NCBI RefSeq assembly: GCF_006345805.1 | Contig: NC_042997.1 | Coordinates: 163,432,001-163,496,000, forward strand | Direction of reading: 5' to 3' | Length of the DNA stretch: 64,000 nt | Source: Octopus sinensis | Lineage: Eukaryota | Shown: positions 10,387 through 23,806 of the stretch, one piece after another | Position numbering within the stretch: the first letter of the stretch is position 1 | How the letters are laid out: every line of letters begins with the position of its first letter | Made by a program: the position numbers and the translations under genes | The notes under the pieces: generated by a model | What the model saw: the letters and a program-made list of their open reading frames with translations, nothing else | Database searches by the model: none | What the model was told of the DNA's origin: nothing

Positions 10387-12263
10387 ATCCACTAGTCAGA
10401 GAAAAGGATGAATTTCAGTGTAGTAAATTGAATGAAAGAAATGCTTTTTAAAATCAGATGAGAAAGGTGTTGTTTAAAAGAGAGAGAGAGAGAGAGAGAT
10501 AATCAAACATGTCCTTTGAAAACAAAGTGTACTGGATCTCAGATAAGTGCTCTTAGTATGAGAAATGTCTAAAACCTTAGAAGGTATTTAGAGATTCAAT
10601 TAAAGCGATTATAATTAGAGAGCATAAAATATAATAATGATATCTTCTAGTTTTATCTCTATAAATATAAAAGCAACAAGTAATCACTTTTACTTTCTTA
10701 CACTTAATGATTATACACTGAAGAGGAAATGAATTATGAGAATTCTATCAACACAGACATTACAGATTCTTACCACGGATTTTACCATGGATTTATTTTA
10801 TTTTTTCAAAAGTTTTAGCTCAAATTTATACCAACTCAGATTTATACAAATAACTTGTAAGAATTCACTTGAACTTCTAGAAATAACAACCAAATTACCA
10901 TCTTAAAACATGGTCCTATTCACACTCATCATTATCATGATCCTCATCATCATCATCATTTAATGTTCGTTTTCTATGCTGGCATGAGTTAGGAATTTGA
11001 CTGGAGCTGGCAAACCAGAGAGCTGCACTAGTCTCCAATCATCTGTTTTAACTTAGTTTATATGGTTGGATGCTCTTCCTAATGCCAATCATTTTACAGA
11101 GTGTACTTGGTGTCTTTTATGTGTCACCAGCACAGGGGTCTTGTACATGTCACTAGCATACGTGCCTTATACATGTCACCAGTGCAGGTTACAACCACAA
11201 TTTCACTTAGTTTGACATTCTCAAGCACAGCAAATTATCAGAAGTCTCAGTCACTTGTCATCACCTCTGTGAGACTCAACATCCAAAGATCATATTTTAC
11301 CACTTCATTCCACATCTTTCACAGGTTCCCTCCACAATTAGAGATCAGGACTTCTTTATGCGGCTGTCTTTGTCCATATGCATCACATGACCATATCAAT
11401 GCAATCTTCTCTCTTGCACTCATCTACTGCCTCTGATATCCAATTGTTCTCTTAGAACACTTACACTAAGTTTTAAAATAAAATGGGATGATCATAGCCA
11501 ATGTTCCTTGAATATACGTCTGCCTAATTGGAACTGTCCCAGAGCTAAATCAACATAGTAATAACAGCACCAAGTATTATAAAATTTCATAATGAAGTAT
11601 CCACAGCTTTTATTCTTTGACTTGTTTCAATCACTGAACTGCAGCTATGCTAGAGTAACCACATTAGAGGGTTTTAGTTGATCAATTTTCATTTTTCTAA
11701 CTGCTAAGTTACAAAAGCATACACAAACCAACACCAACTGTCAAACAGAAATAGATAAACACAAAACAAAAATGCATGCACACATGTATGCATACATATA
11801 TGTGAGAGAGAGAGAGAGAGAGTGTGTGTGTGTGTGTGTGTGTATACACATATGAAACTGCAGACGCCCAACCTCCTGTCCTTTAGATAATGACTGTCTC
11901 ACAAAAATCATTGTTTATAAATGTACAGTATCAACTGCCAACTGTAGCTACATATATACCCTGAACAACGCTAATAGCTTTCTGTGAATCGATTTTTTAT
12001 AAAACTTTTCCCAGCTGGTTTGCACATTATGGCAACACCATTATTTTGTTTTCATTATTCTGTGTAATGTCCTTTCTTTTTTATTTCAGATTCTTCGGTT
12101 TTTGGGTGAACCACGCTAATAGCTTCTGAATGAAAAATAGCCCATCTAGACATTTTTTTTTTCCAGAAAAATCTCTAAATACCTTCTAAGGTTTTAGACA
12201 TTTCTCATACTAAGAGCACTTATCTGAGATCCAGTACACTTTGTTTTCAAAGGACATGTTTGA

Positions 12264-12327
<64 letters not shown>

Positions 12328-12335
12328 TAAGTAAT

Positions 12336-12569
12336 TAAGGGTTTAGCAACGATTTGCCTCACCACACACCGAATTTAGAAATAGCAGTCAAAGAGTTTTG
12401 GCTATTCTTTCTACTTAAAAGGGAGATCCCAGTAAAACCACAGCACTTAAAAAGCAAACAACGCAGGCAAAAGAGAAAGAAATGACGACAGAATGATTGT
12501 CAGCCAAAACTCTTTGACTGCTATTTCTAAATTCGGTGTGTGGTGAGGCAAATCGTTGCTAAACCCTTA
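12336..12569. repeat. Perfect 68-bp inverted repeat (12336-12403 / 12502-12569) in a TA-flanked element
   Basis: TAAGGGTTTAGCAACGATTTGCCTC...GAGTTTTGGCT mirrored. Confidence 0.9.
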
Positions 12570-12689
12570 CTTAAACCTTCCTTGAATGGGGCTTTTACAT
12601 GCCGAACTCTACTTGGTGAAATTAATGATTATTCCAAATTAATTAATTTCACCCTTTATTATTCTTTATTATTGAAAATTATATATATA

Positions 12690-12746
<57 letters not shown>

Positions 12747-12747
<1 letters not shown>

Positions 12748-12961
12748 TGACGTATTTTTGCCATTTCAATATGGCTAACCCCTAAGGGTGGATGCTACTG
12801 TAGTTTTTAGCCCAGGAGGACACACTCCTCCAGCTGGCCATAGACACACTTTCTGTGTCCTGTCTATGGCCAGCTGGAAGAGTGTGTCCTCCTGGGGCTA
12901 AAAACTACAGTAGCATCCACCCTTAGGGGTTAGCCATATTGAAATGGCAAAAATACGTCAC
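12747..12961. repeat. ~100-bp-arm hairpin element between (TA)n tracts
   Basis: 12747-12846 mirrors 12861-12961 with one substitution and one indel. Confidence 0.9.
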
Positions 12962-13004
12962 GATGTGTTACCGCTACTGTATATAACTCACTTTGATATT
13001 TATC

Positions 13005-13075
<71 letters not shown>

Positions 13076-13120
13076 TAAATGAAAGATGAAAAATGGAATA
13101 TATGAGAGTATTTATTATTA

Positions 13121-13226
13121 ATCACAACAATTGTTTTGACACATCTAGCATTGATCCCTTATGGGTAGGCCACTTAACGACTGGTTCAGGAGCATCCAGC
13201 GGTGCAGATCTGTCTCATTGGGTGAT
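13121..13226 (-). ncRNA. Degenerate hammerhead-ribozyme-like motif with long stem II (Penelope-type relic)
   Basis: Minus strand ATCAC-CCAATGA-GACAGATCTGCA...TGCTAGATGTGTC-AAAA-C-AATT-G-TT-GTGAT. Confidence 0.55.
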
Positions 13227-15780
13227 AAATAGATACAAATCATTAAAATAACAGTTTTACAATGTATCTCCTCATTTCGTAGAAAGAAAAGGAGCAAAAC
13301 AAAGGAAATATCCTCATTTATATAGAAGATTAAAAATAAAATCACAGATGCAAAAAAAGAAACAAGTACACAATACAGTGAGAAAAGTATCAAAAATAAT
13401 CATTAACAGATATGGATGTATAAATGTCCTAGCACAAGTTGCATGGCATGTGCACACTCACTCATACAAGCATCTGCAAATATGTAAACATATGCACACA
13501 TGTGGTTTGGTGCACTCACAGTCACAAAGTGAGTTAAATAATTACTTGATGTTTATAAGAATGGGGAAGTTAAAGCTAAACTAATATATACACAATGTAT
13601 GTTTAATATGTATCATTACCCATTATTTTCTGGAAAAAAAAAATGTCTAGATGGGCTATTTTTCATTCAGAAGCTATTAGCGTGGTTCACCCAAAAACCA
13701 AAGAATCTGAAATAAAAAAGAAAGGACATTACACAGAATAATGAAAACATAATAATGGTGTTGCCATAATGTGCAAACCAGCTGGGAAAAGTTTTATAAA
13801 AAATCGATTCACAGAAAGCTATTAGCGTTGTTCAGGGTATATATGTAGCTACAGTTGGCAGTTGATACTGTACATTTATAAACAATGATTTTTGTGAGAC
13901 AGTCATTATCTAAAGGACAGGAGGTTGGGCGTCTGCAGTTTCATATGTGTATACACACACACACACACACACTCTCTCTCTCTCTCTCTCTCACATATAT
14001 GTATGCATACATGTGTGCATGCATTTTTGTTTTGTGTTTATCTATTCTGTTTGACAGTTGGTGTTGGTTTGTGTATGCTTTTGTAACTTAGCAGTTAGAA
14101 AAATGAAAATTGATCAACTAAAACCCTCTAATGTGGTTACTCTAGCATAGCTGCAGTTCAGTGATTGAAACAAGTCAAAGAATAAAAGCTGTGGATACTT
14201 CATTATGAAATTTTATAATACTTGGTGCTGTTATTACTATGTTGATTTAGCTCTGGGACAGTTCCAATTAGGCAGACGTATATTCAAGGAACATTGGCTA
14301 TGATCATCCCATTTTATTTTAAAACTTAGTGTAAGTGTTCTAAGAGAACAATTGGATATCAGAGGCAGTAGATGAGTGCAAGAGAGAAGATTGCATTGAT
14401 ATGGTCATGTGATGCATATGGACAAAGACAGCCGCATAAAGAAGTCCTGATCTCTAATTGTGGAGGGAACCTGTGAAAGATGTGGAATGAAGTGGTAAAA
14501 TATGATCTTTGGATGTTGAGTCTCACAGAGGTGATGACAAGTGACTGAGACTTCTGATAATTTGCTGTGCTTGAGAATGTCAAACTAAGTGAAATTGTGG
14601 TTGTAACCTGTACTGGTGACATGTATAAGGCACGTATGCTAGTGACATGTACAAGACCCCTGTGCTGGTGACACATAAAAGACACCAAGTACACTCTGTA
14701 AAATGATTGGCATTAGGAAGAGCATCCAACCATATAAACTAAGTTAAAACAGATGATTGGAGACTAGTGCAGCTCTCTGGTTTGCCAGCTCCAGTCAAAT
14801 TCCTAACTCATGCCAGCATAGAAAACGAACATTAAATGATGATGATGATGAGGATCATGATAATGATGAGTGTGAATAGGACCATATTTTAAGATGGTAA
14901 TTTGGTTGTTATTTCTAGAAGTTCAAGTGAATTCTTACAAGCTCCTTTGTTGACCTGTAATTCTTGGTGTCTTCACCAAGAACACTATTTTATTAAAATT
15001 TACACTAGATTGTACAGAATGCTGCTTGCATAACTAGGTCTTTGTTCACACTATTTGTACTTCATGGAGTATGTATTCATTCCATTTCTAGCTACATGTG
15101 GAGAACATGCTTTGTTTTTATTATTAAATCTATATAGTCAGAGATAATTAAAATCATGAAAGAGTTTCATCCAGCTGTAGAAACTCTGCCAGATCAAGAC
15201 TGGAGCCTGGTGCAGCTGTCTGGTTTGCCAGCCCTCAGTCAAAATCGTCCAACCCATGCTAGCATGGGAAGTGGACGTTAAACGATGATGATGATGATGA
15301 TGTAATGGTATTTGTGCATGCACATGCGTGTGTGTATGGAGACAAGGAGTAAAATTAGAAATAAATGATCAAAATTAAAAATAAATTAATTTTAGTTAAA
15401 GAGCCAAAACAAAAATATATCTCAAGGAAATTATCTTTAAAATTAGAAAAAAAATACTGACATTTGGAAAGCAGCCTAAAACATGAAAATATTTTGACTA
15501 AGTTCATGCTCATTCGTTCAGTTTTTTTTTTCTGTACAAAATTATATATTTGATATGATTGTTTTAATCATTTAAGACTTCTTGTTATTGTTGTTTGACC
15601 CTAGGTCAACCCTGATCAAAATGCATTCTGTCTGTGACCATACCATCTTTTTAGGGAAAATTTTGGACTAAATTTTCTAAAGTGTGCTCCTTGTATTAAA
15701 ATAGTCACAAATGATTTAAAGGAGATCTAACTACTATTTCCAGTGCATCAAATGCCAAGTAAAAGCATGTATCACAAAGA

Positions 15781-15836
<56 letters not shown>

Positions 15837-17189
15837 ACAAACACACACACACAATATAAATTGATTAACTTTCATGCTGGATTATATCTACATTGTATTT
15901 CTTTTTTAATCATCTAGATATTTATATTATTCTGACATTTCTCTGTTCTGTGTTTTCTTGACACTTTGAAATGGTATTTCTCAAAATTCAGGATTTAGCT
16001 AACCTGTTAGTTTAGTATAATGTTTCTGGAAACTGCTTTAATGTTATGTGCCTTTACAGAGTTGAAGAGTTGATCAGTTTCCACAAAGCAGTTTGCCAGT
16101 TTTGTTGTCTATTACATTTCTACACTGCATTCAGCTAGAGCTTCTTACTACCTTCTTACTCACCTTTCAACACTTTGCTAAATATATTCTGTAACAGACG
16201 CATTTGTTATGAAAATTAGCTTCTTTCAAACAATGTTATAGATCTAGGCAGCTGTTTAGTAAGCTTTGGAGAATATTTCTTCCAACAGGTACTATAATGA
16301 CTTGAGAATACTAGTTAAAAATAACTTGTGTTTCTATGAGTAATAAATTGTGCATATTTCTAATTGCAGTTACTTTGTCTATAAGTAAGCTAAACGAGGG
16401 CAGAAATTCCGTTGAAATCTTTGACGCAAATAAACAGATCATCTTCCTTGTGGCTGTTTTGATTTTCAATAAATTCTCTCTGCTGCCAACACCATCTTCA
16501 AAAACAGTGTCACTATGACCAAGTACAGAAAAAAATAAATATATATAAAAATAAAAGTAAGTTTAAAATAGTTGTTGGTGTAACTTGAATGTAAACGTAT
16601 ACTCTAGGTTTGATGGCATTTTGTAGGGTGTGAGTACACAAAGTATTTTATAGAGGCTTAATATTTCTGGTACACTTGGTATAATGCAGTGGTTCTCAAC
16701 TTTTTTGTTTTTAACTCACTACCCTTTCACAGAATGGCATTTCACAGATGCCTTCTCACCATGTTTTGAAGAAGAAGAAGAAAAAAAAACAACAGCACAG
16801 ATTCAAATCAATTTAAATGAAACTGAAGCCAATTTTGCACAGAAGTTTATTATCTGTTTTTTTTTCAAAATTCTGTCCAGTATGTGCCTCCATTTAAAGT
16901 TTTGCATGGACCAGTTTTCCCTGTGTTAAATTTGTCCAAAAATTATTAAAGAAAATGAGGACCTATATAATGAAATTATATTTCACTTTGGCGCATCATC
17001 ATCAGTCACTGATAACCCAATGTTGTATTCTCTATAGATTTGTTTTTAACGTAAATACTGTATCTGGTTTAGATATTTTATAATGAAAATCATAATCCCT
17101 CTAAACATCCAGTGCCCACTTCTCTCATACAGTGTCTACTTCTCCCCCTTGACATTTGTTACTCTCTTCTGAGATCACAGTACCTGCAA

Positions 17190-17398
17190 GTGGTGTACTG
17201 GCAGAAGTGTTAACATGCTGGGCAAAATGCCTAGGGAATTTTGTTTGTCTTTATGTTATAAGTTCCAGTTCTACTGAGGCCTACTTTGCCTTTCATCCTT
17301 TCAAGTTTGATAAAATAAGTGCTTGTTCTGCACTGGGGTTGATGTAATCAACTAGACCCTCCTCCCAAAATTTCAGGCCTTGTACCTATAGTAGAAAG
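17190..17398 (+). mobile_element. Family-A SINE, degenerate
   Basis: Body CTTTGCCTTTCATCCTTT...GATAAAATAAGT; tail CAGGCCTTGTACCTATAGTAGAAAG. Confidence 0.75.
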
Positions 17399-18724
17399 TC
17401 GAAAGAATTATCACTTATGATAAGAATCACTGGTACAGGAGAAAACTGTAGGAATTTGACATATGGTCCATACATTTATAAGCCATTGTGTCCTTGGATA
17501 AAGATATCATCTCTTAAGGTCTATTTGATTAAGGTTGGAAAACAATCTTATTGAAAGTTAATGCACACTAGTGTAATGTATTACCCCAATGAAAAAGACT
17601 CCTCCATTCAGCTTAATCTCTTAAAAAAATCTATGATAAATATCAGTTCTATGAGTTGAAATTTAATTTTCCACCATAGGTGACATTTTATTACAAAAAT
17701 TAATTTGTTGTGTCATTGCTGTTCTCTCCTACTGGCTTTGGTGGATGGCTGCGTTCACATACAAAATTTCGATACCTGTGTATCATCATTTGACATACAT
17801 AACAATAGACAAAATCACCAATCTTCATTATGCATATAGTGATATTTTGGTATCGGTTTCTGTTTTGTTGATGGATGCCTTTCCTATTGTCAGTCACTTT
17901 ACAACATGGAATACATGCATTTTATCATGCCATCAGCACTAGAGAAGTTACCTGCTAGGATTAAAGAGTCTCCACTACCACATATCAGTTAAATCTATTG
18001 TTAGCATTCAGGTCAGGTCTCCAGACAGAGTTTAGCTCCTCCGTCCATCCCACCAGTCGCACAGGCCCTGACTGACTCATAAAGGAAAAATAAATAAATA
18101 ACAGATGCAAATGAAGGGAAATATTTACAGGTTATTGCTTTACAGTGATTAAAGATATTTCTTATTTTCTAGTAAGGCCAAGGCTTGAAGTCAACCCTGG
18201 GCAAAGAATTCTGTTGGTATCTTTCATTTAATTCCTAGCAAAAATGTTTGAATTGCTTGTATTTGTGAAGGATCCTTCTATACAGGGACCCCAGGACATC
18301 GCTAAATGTGATTTTGTTTAAACCTGACTATTTATCTCTAATTCATATTGATATTTCAAATCAAAAATTAAAAAAAAAATGTTCTAAGTTAATGAGCTAA
18401 CTATAAGTTTATCACCCGGTCTGCTAGAATTTGCAACCAAAACCCTTTCGACTTATTCCTCACCATCATTAAAGGAAAAAATGTATATTATAAAATTTAA
18501 TCTGAAAAACAACATACCAGTTAAAAAAATAGGTTATTCATTGTTTAAATGTTGAGCCAATAATAGAATGTTGACATAAAAATGCGTAAATGCAAATCAA
18601 CATTGAACAGGGGTGAGGAGGAAGAATTTGAAGGTGATTAATCAGCAATAAACAGGTAATAAGTATGTCAATGAGAAAGAACACTTCAGCACACACACAT
18701 GGAAAACAAAAAACACTTTCTTAA

Positions 18725-18945
18725 CCCTTTCATTACTGTATTTATTTTGAAATGCTCTGTGCTTTTTTCAATTAATTTTAAATATAACAAAGAATTTAAT
18801 AAAGTAACTTAGTTATCATTAAGCCAGTGTTAGAAACATAAATTGTGACTAAGGTTTGGTGGGAGATTTTAGTTCAAAACTTTTGAAAACAAGACATTTG
18901 TACCCAGAGCCAGAGCCAGTTTCAGCCTGGTTGGTAACGAAAGGG
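18725..18945. mobile_element. piggyBac-type MITE (TTAA TSD)
   Basis: TTAA-CCCTTTCATTAC ... GTAACGAAAGGG-TTAA; related decayed copies near 39695-39922 and 41190-41418. Confidence 0.75.
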
Positions 18946-19029
18946 TTAATCATAACTCTAATCACGACAAAGTATAACATAGAAGACTGTAGGTATTTTT
19001 TTTTATTTACTATCAAGGGGAACAAATAA

Positions 19030-19290
19030 AGATGGGCTGGCTACATGGTGCAAGTGAAGGACAACAAATAGTTGTCCACATTGTATGACTTAAGCATTAT
19101 GGACTACAGATGGACAATCAATATGATGGAATGGACACCAAGACAATGGACAAGAGCAAGAGACTGACCAAAGACATGGCGAGATGTTGTCACCTGCTAC
19201 CTGGGGACTACACAGCCATGACTGGCTAGAGACAGACAGTGGTGGAAGGAGTCCAGGAGGCAGGGGGTTCATTCTTCAGGAATGATGAAT
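19030..19290 (+). pseudogene. Decayed RTE-clade ORF2 3' end
   Basis: Fragments translate RWAGY..., DYRWT..MMEWTPRQW..., typical of RTE C-termini; stops and frameshifts. Confidence 0.55.
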
Positions 19291-20485
19291 CCCTGGATAT
19301 TGGATATTAGAGTCTGGAGGAAGGGGTAGAGCTCATGATGCTTACAGGCCCTCTGGGACTGGTAAGATCGATTCCAAGAAACACATGAGTAGAGAGAAGA
19401 TTCTTGAGGATCAATGTTCTGGAAATTAAAGATTAGGAACAGTGGTTGGTGCAGGGGGTACCCCTGTTGTATTTCTGTTAATATCTGGAGCTTCAACAAT
19501 GGACTTACTGCACATAATATAATGATAATAGCAGAAATACCAACATTATAAAATACAAACATGATTTTCCAGATTTTCCTTTGTTTCACTTGCCATCTTC
19601 ATCATCACCACCACCGCCACCGCCACCATCATTGTCATCACCATCATCATCATCACCACCACAATGCTAACATCAATGAATAAGTCAATGATGGAGCCTC
19701 TATGCAGTTGCTTGGCTTCCTAGAAATCACCCTTGAATCACATCCTATATTCATATAAAAGAAAGGAAGGATATATTGAACAATGTAGTTTTTGATATGC
19801 AAAATAGTAGATGACCAGAGATAATCTAGCAGCAAAATAACAACAACAAGCACTTTCAAAATTACTAGTGGAACCACTTTGACTAGTAGACAGATGTCAG
19901 AATTCAATAACACCACAAATACTGCAATACATAATACAATTCAAAACAATTAGTGTAGAAACATCATCTCCAGAACTTATACCACAATGCAATATAAAGA
20001 AACTGAACAAGGAAATAACAAAGAAAAACTATAGAAAGATAGAAAACTGGTAATTTTATTGTGTCTAAGCCAAGCAAACAGTACACTTTTGAGAAAGTAA
20101 TTAGCAACATCAATAACTAATGACCACACTTGCTTAATTAATATGTCACAATAATTTCAAGTTATGCAACAACCACACTCAGCTCCAGTTAGAAATGATG
20201 TCACTCATTGTATTTTATCAGGGAGCTCATCACTATTTAAAGAAAAAAGTGGCATAAGCATGGCTGCCTATAAGTGCAACTACAGCTGTGTGGTTAAGAA
20301 GCTCACTTTACAACCATGTGGTTTCAAGTTCAATCCCATTGTGCAGCACCTTGGGCAAATGTCTTCTGTTACGACTTTGAGCTAACCAATGCTTTATTAG
20401 AGAATTTGGACAGCAAGTATGTGGAAGCCTGTTGTATGTGTGTGTGTGTGTGCCTGTGTACGCACGTATGTATGTATACATATAT

Positions 20486-20797
20486 GTGGAGGTGGAATGG
20501 CTCAGTGGTTAGGGCAGCGGACTTGTGGTCGTAGGATCGCAGTTTCAATTCCCAGACCGGGCGTTGTGAGTGTTTATTGAGCGGAAACACCTAAAGCTCC
20601 ACGAGGCTCTGGCAGGGGGTGGTGGTGGTTCCTGCTGCACTCTTTCACCACAACTTTCTCTCACTCTTTCTTCTGTTGGCCTGCTCGCTTAGACAGTGGG
20701 GTGGCGTCATGTGAAGGCTAAAACAATGTGAAGCGCATTGTGACCAGCGATGTGTAGCAACATCTGATAGCCTGGTCGGTCATGGCGATCACGGTGA
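20486..20797 (+). mobile_element. tRNA-derived SINE, family C
   Basis: A box TGGCTCAGTGGTTAGG, B-box-like GTTTCAATTCCC; related copies at 55342-55646(-), ~61510-61815(-), ~61830-62066(-). Confidence 0.8.
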
Positions 20798-21025
20798 TAT
20801 ATATATATATATAGATAGATAGATATCATCATTTAATGTCTGTTCTCCATGCTGGCATACATTTTGACAGTTCGATGGGAGCTGGTGAGTGCAGGGACTA
20901 CTTTAGGCTTTATTGTCTATTTTGGCATGGTTTCTATGGCTGAATGCCCTTCCTAACACCAACACTTTACAGAGTGTACTGGATGCCCTTTACAACCACT
21001 AGTGCATATACATCTACGTACACAC

Positions 21026-21064
<39 letters not shown>

Positions 21065-21959
21065 TGTGTATGCATTGGTGTTTGTACCTCACTACTGCTT
21101 GACAATCGGTGTTAGTTTGTTTGCATCCCCATAATGTAATTGTTCAGCACAAGAGATTGATAGAGTTATACCAGACTTTAAAAATATGTACTGAGGTTAA
21201 TGTATTCAATTGTACTCATCAAGGTAGTGACTGAAACAAATATTTGATAAAAGAAACAAGAATTACAGTAAACACAATTTTATATTGTAAGTGGCAGGTA
21301 CAGGTGGATATGTATATGCATGAGCAACAGTGAGTTGTCTAATATGCATATCAATGGAAACAGCCTTCCACATTCATTGAATTTTGTACTAATTGATAGT
21401 ACTATGATATTTTTACATATATTACTTAAGAGTCGGATATTCATGACAATTGTCACACAGTAACAGCAAACAAATTCAATTATTGAATACCTTTTCAAAG
21501 TCACTTCCCTTACAAAGTGACAGAGAGAGGGAGTAGGGAAAAAGAGAGGGGGTGAGAGAGCAGTATGTGTGTCTGAGAGAGAGAGAGAGAGAGAATACAA
21601 TGTATCTTTTACTCAGACCGTAATCTTGGATCTTTCCTTTTACCAGTATCAGAGAAAGCAATAGAAATTTCCAAAAATGTAAAAGCCCCTGACTTCAGAA
21701 AAATTGCAGTCATACACTTAGGCCTGCCAGCTACTCATACTGCTATTGAATATCTCCAGAATCTTAAAAAGTGGGTATAATTCTAGGAAGGTTGCAATGC
21801 AAACAGTAGCACAGAAAGTGGCGACCAAGAGGTATCTAGGAGTCATGGCTTGAATGTAGCCCAGCACACTTAGGATGCAAGGAATTAAGGGCTTACATGG
21901 GTACAGCTTCTTCTCTGAAGACCTTCTGCTGTTCACTTCTCTTTAGAGTTTCTTACTAC

Positions 21960-22560
21960 CTAACAATTCCTGAACTTAACATAGATCAAGCTAAATCAGC
22001 ACTTCACAGGCCTGTCGCCATCTCTTCCACGTCTAAATTCCTTAGGTAACACATCCTTAACATTGTCAAGTCATATGTTTCTTTTTTTATCTCTCAGAAT
22101 GAATTCACACTGCTATACTCAAGTATCACATTACTCAAACCTCACACAAAGAATACATGATCTATTGATTCCATATGTGAGCTAGTTTAACTACCATTAT
22201 CATCGGCATCAATGACACCTTTCCCCACCTCCAGGAATAACATTACAAAACATGATAAGTGAACTGTTTCTCAGGTCATCAAGTCTACATAGAACACATA
22301 ACACTTTTAATCTTAAATCTGTATTTTCAGAACTGAATATCACCCATTCTTTCTAAATTATACCTACAAAATCTTTATACGTCCTTCCTCTACCCACAAA
22401 CGTTTACACAGCCTCATGTGCAATTGACATTACTATTGCCTTTGAATTCACACATCATTTTTTTTTAGACATAGCTGCACAAACTACTCCAACCTCAAAT
22501 TAACCACACAGACATCTGGCTCCAAGCAAATGGACTAAAATTAGCAACTACCAAATTCGT
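21960..22560 (+). pseudogene. Heavily decayed non-LTR retrotransposon RT-region relic
   Basis: HRPVAISSTSKFL at ~22005-22043 resembles the YRPISL...SK motif; the rest is unreadable. Confidence 0.3.
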
Positions 22561-23319
22561 GATCTCTTTCTTATTACCAACAAAACCAGAAAAAGAACAA
22601 AGAAGTAAAAAATAACCCCAACCAATCAGCATACCAAATAGCATAAACACTGCACACACGCATGCATGTGTGTGCTCACTTGCACACACACACACACAAG
22701 ATAAAAGGTACCAGAAACTTTCTATTATATTCATAGCATACATAGAAAACACAGTAAAGAAAGCAAAAATGATGTATAAACACTCTGTGAGCACTTAAGA
22801 AGCACATGTTTTTGAACACAAAAACACAATAAGCACAAGTGTATACATCTGAAGTAATGGATCTCTGAATCCATATGTCTGTTTGATGAAAGATCACATC
22901 AACAATCACATACACACACACATATATATATATATATATGATAAAATGATCCATTCTGATATTGGTTTCTTTTGATAAGGCATAAAGCTAATGTTGAACA
23001 GGAAATCATAAAATATTATCAGCCTGATCAAATTTATCAATGTTATTCATCTGCGAACAAGCAAAGAACTAAATGACATTGTGAAATGTATAAAAATTGT
23101 TGACATGGAATTGGGCTGGACACAACCAAAGGAAGAATGGCAACAAAGGAATTCTAAAAGATTGCAAAAGAAAGAGTGATACAACAATAAACATGATAGT
23201 GGAATGAATTTGATGAATTTCATAGAAATTGGGGAAATGTTATAGAGAGGCCTTTTATGTAGCAGTGAGAAAGCCATAGCTGATTCAATTGATGTAATCA
23301 TTTTATTTTATTTTATTTT

Positions 23320-23806
23320 TTGGTGATATGTATGGACGAGGACAGCTGTGTATAGAAGTGCTGATCTGTAATTTTGAAGGCAACCTGTGGAAGAGGTAAA
23401 CCCAGAAAGTCCTGGGATGGGGTAGTGAAATATGGTCCTTGGTTGTTGAGTCTCATGGAGGCGATGACAAGTGCAGAGTCTCCTGGCAATTTGCTACGTT
23501 TGAGAGGACATGTCAAGCCAAGTGAAATCGTTGTTGTGGCCAGTACTGATGACAGGTAAAAAGCACCTATGCTGATGACACATAAAAAGCACCCATTTTG
23601 GTGACATGTAAAAGGCACCTATGCCGGTGACACATAAATGACACTCAGTATACTTTCTAGAGTGGTTGGAATTAAGAAGTGCATTCATTTGTAGAAACCA
23701 AGCCAAAACAGACTGGAGTCTGGTGCAGCTCTGGTTTACTAGCTCTAGCTAATCAGACTAACCCATGCCAGCATGGAAAACGAACGTCAACTGATGATGA
23801 TGATGA
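23320..23806 (+). mobile_element. Decayed RTE 3' fragment
   Basis: TCGRGKPRKSWDGVVK matches TCGRGRPRKTWVEVVK of the 45.9-kb RTE; (GAT)n tail. Confidence 0.8.

Larger units (their letters stand above)
10854..14941. repeat. 1.3-kb near-identical inverted duplication (arms 10854-12170 and 13626-14941)
   Basis: Identical 111-aa ORFs 11101-11436(+) and 14359-14694(-); arms match by eye apart from a few substitutions. Confidence 0.95.

Noticed and set aside
11101-11436. Duplicated 111-aa ORF (also 14359-14694) as a gene pair
   Set aside because: Antisense reading of a decayed RTE 3' end, copied by the inverted duplication
20486-20565. Functional tRNA gene (also other SINE heads)
   Set aside because: No complete acceptor stem; runs straight into SINE body; multiple decayed copies
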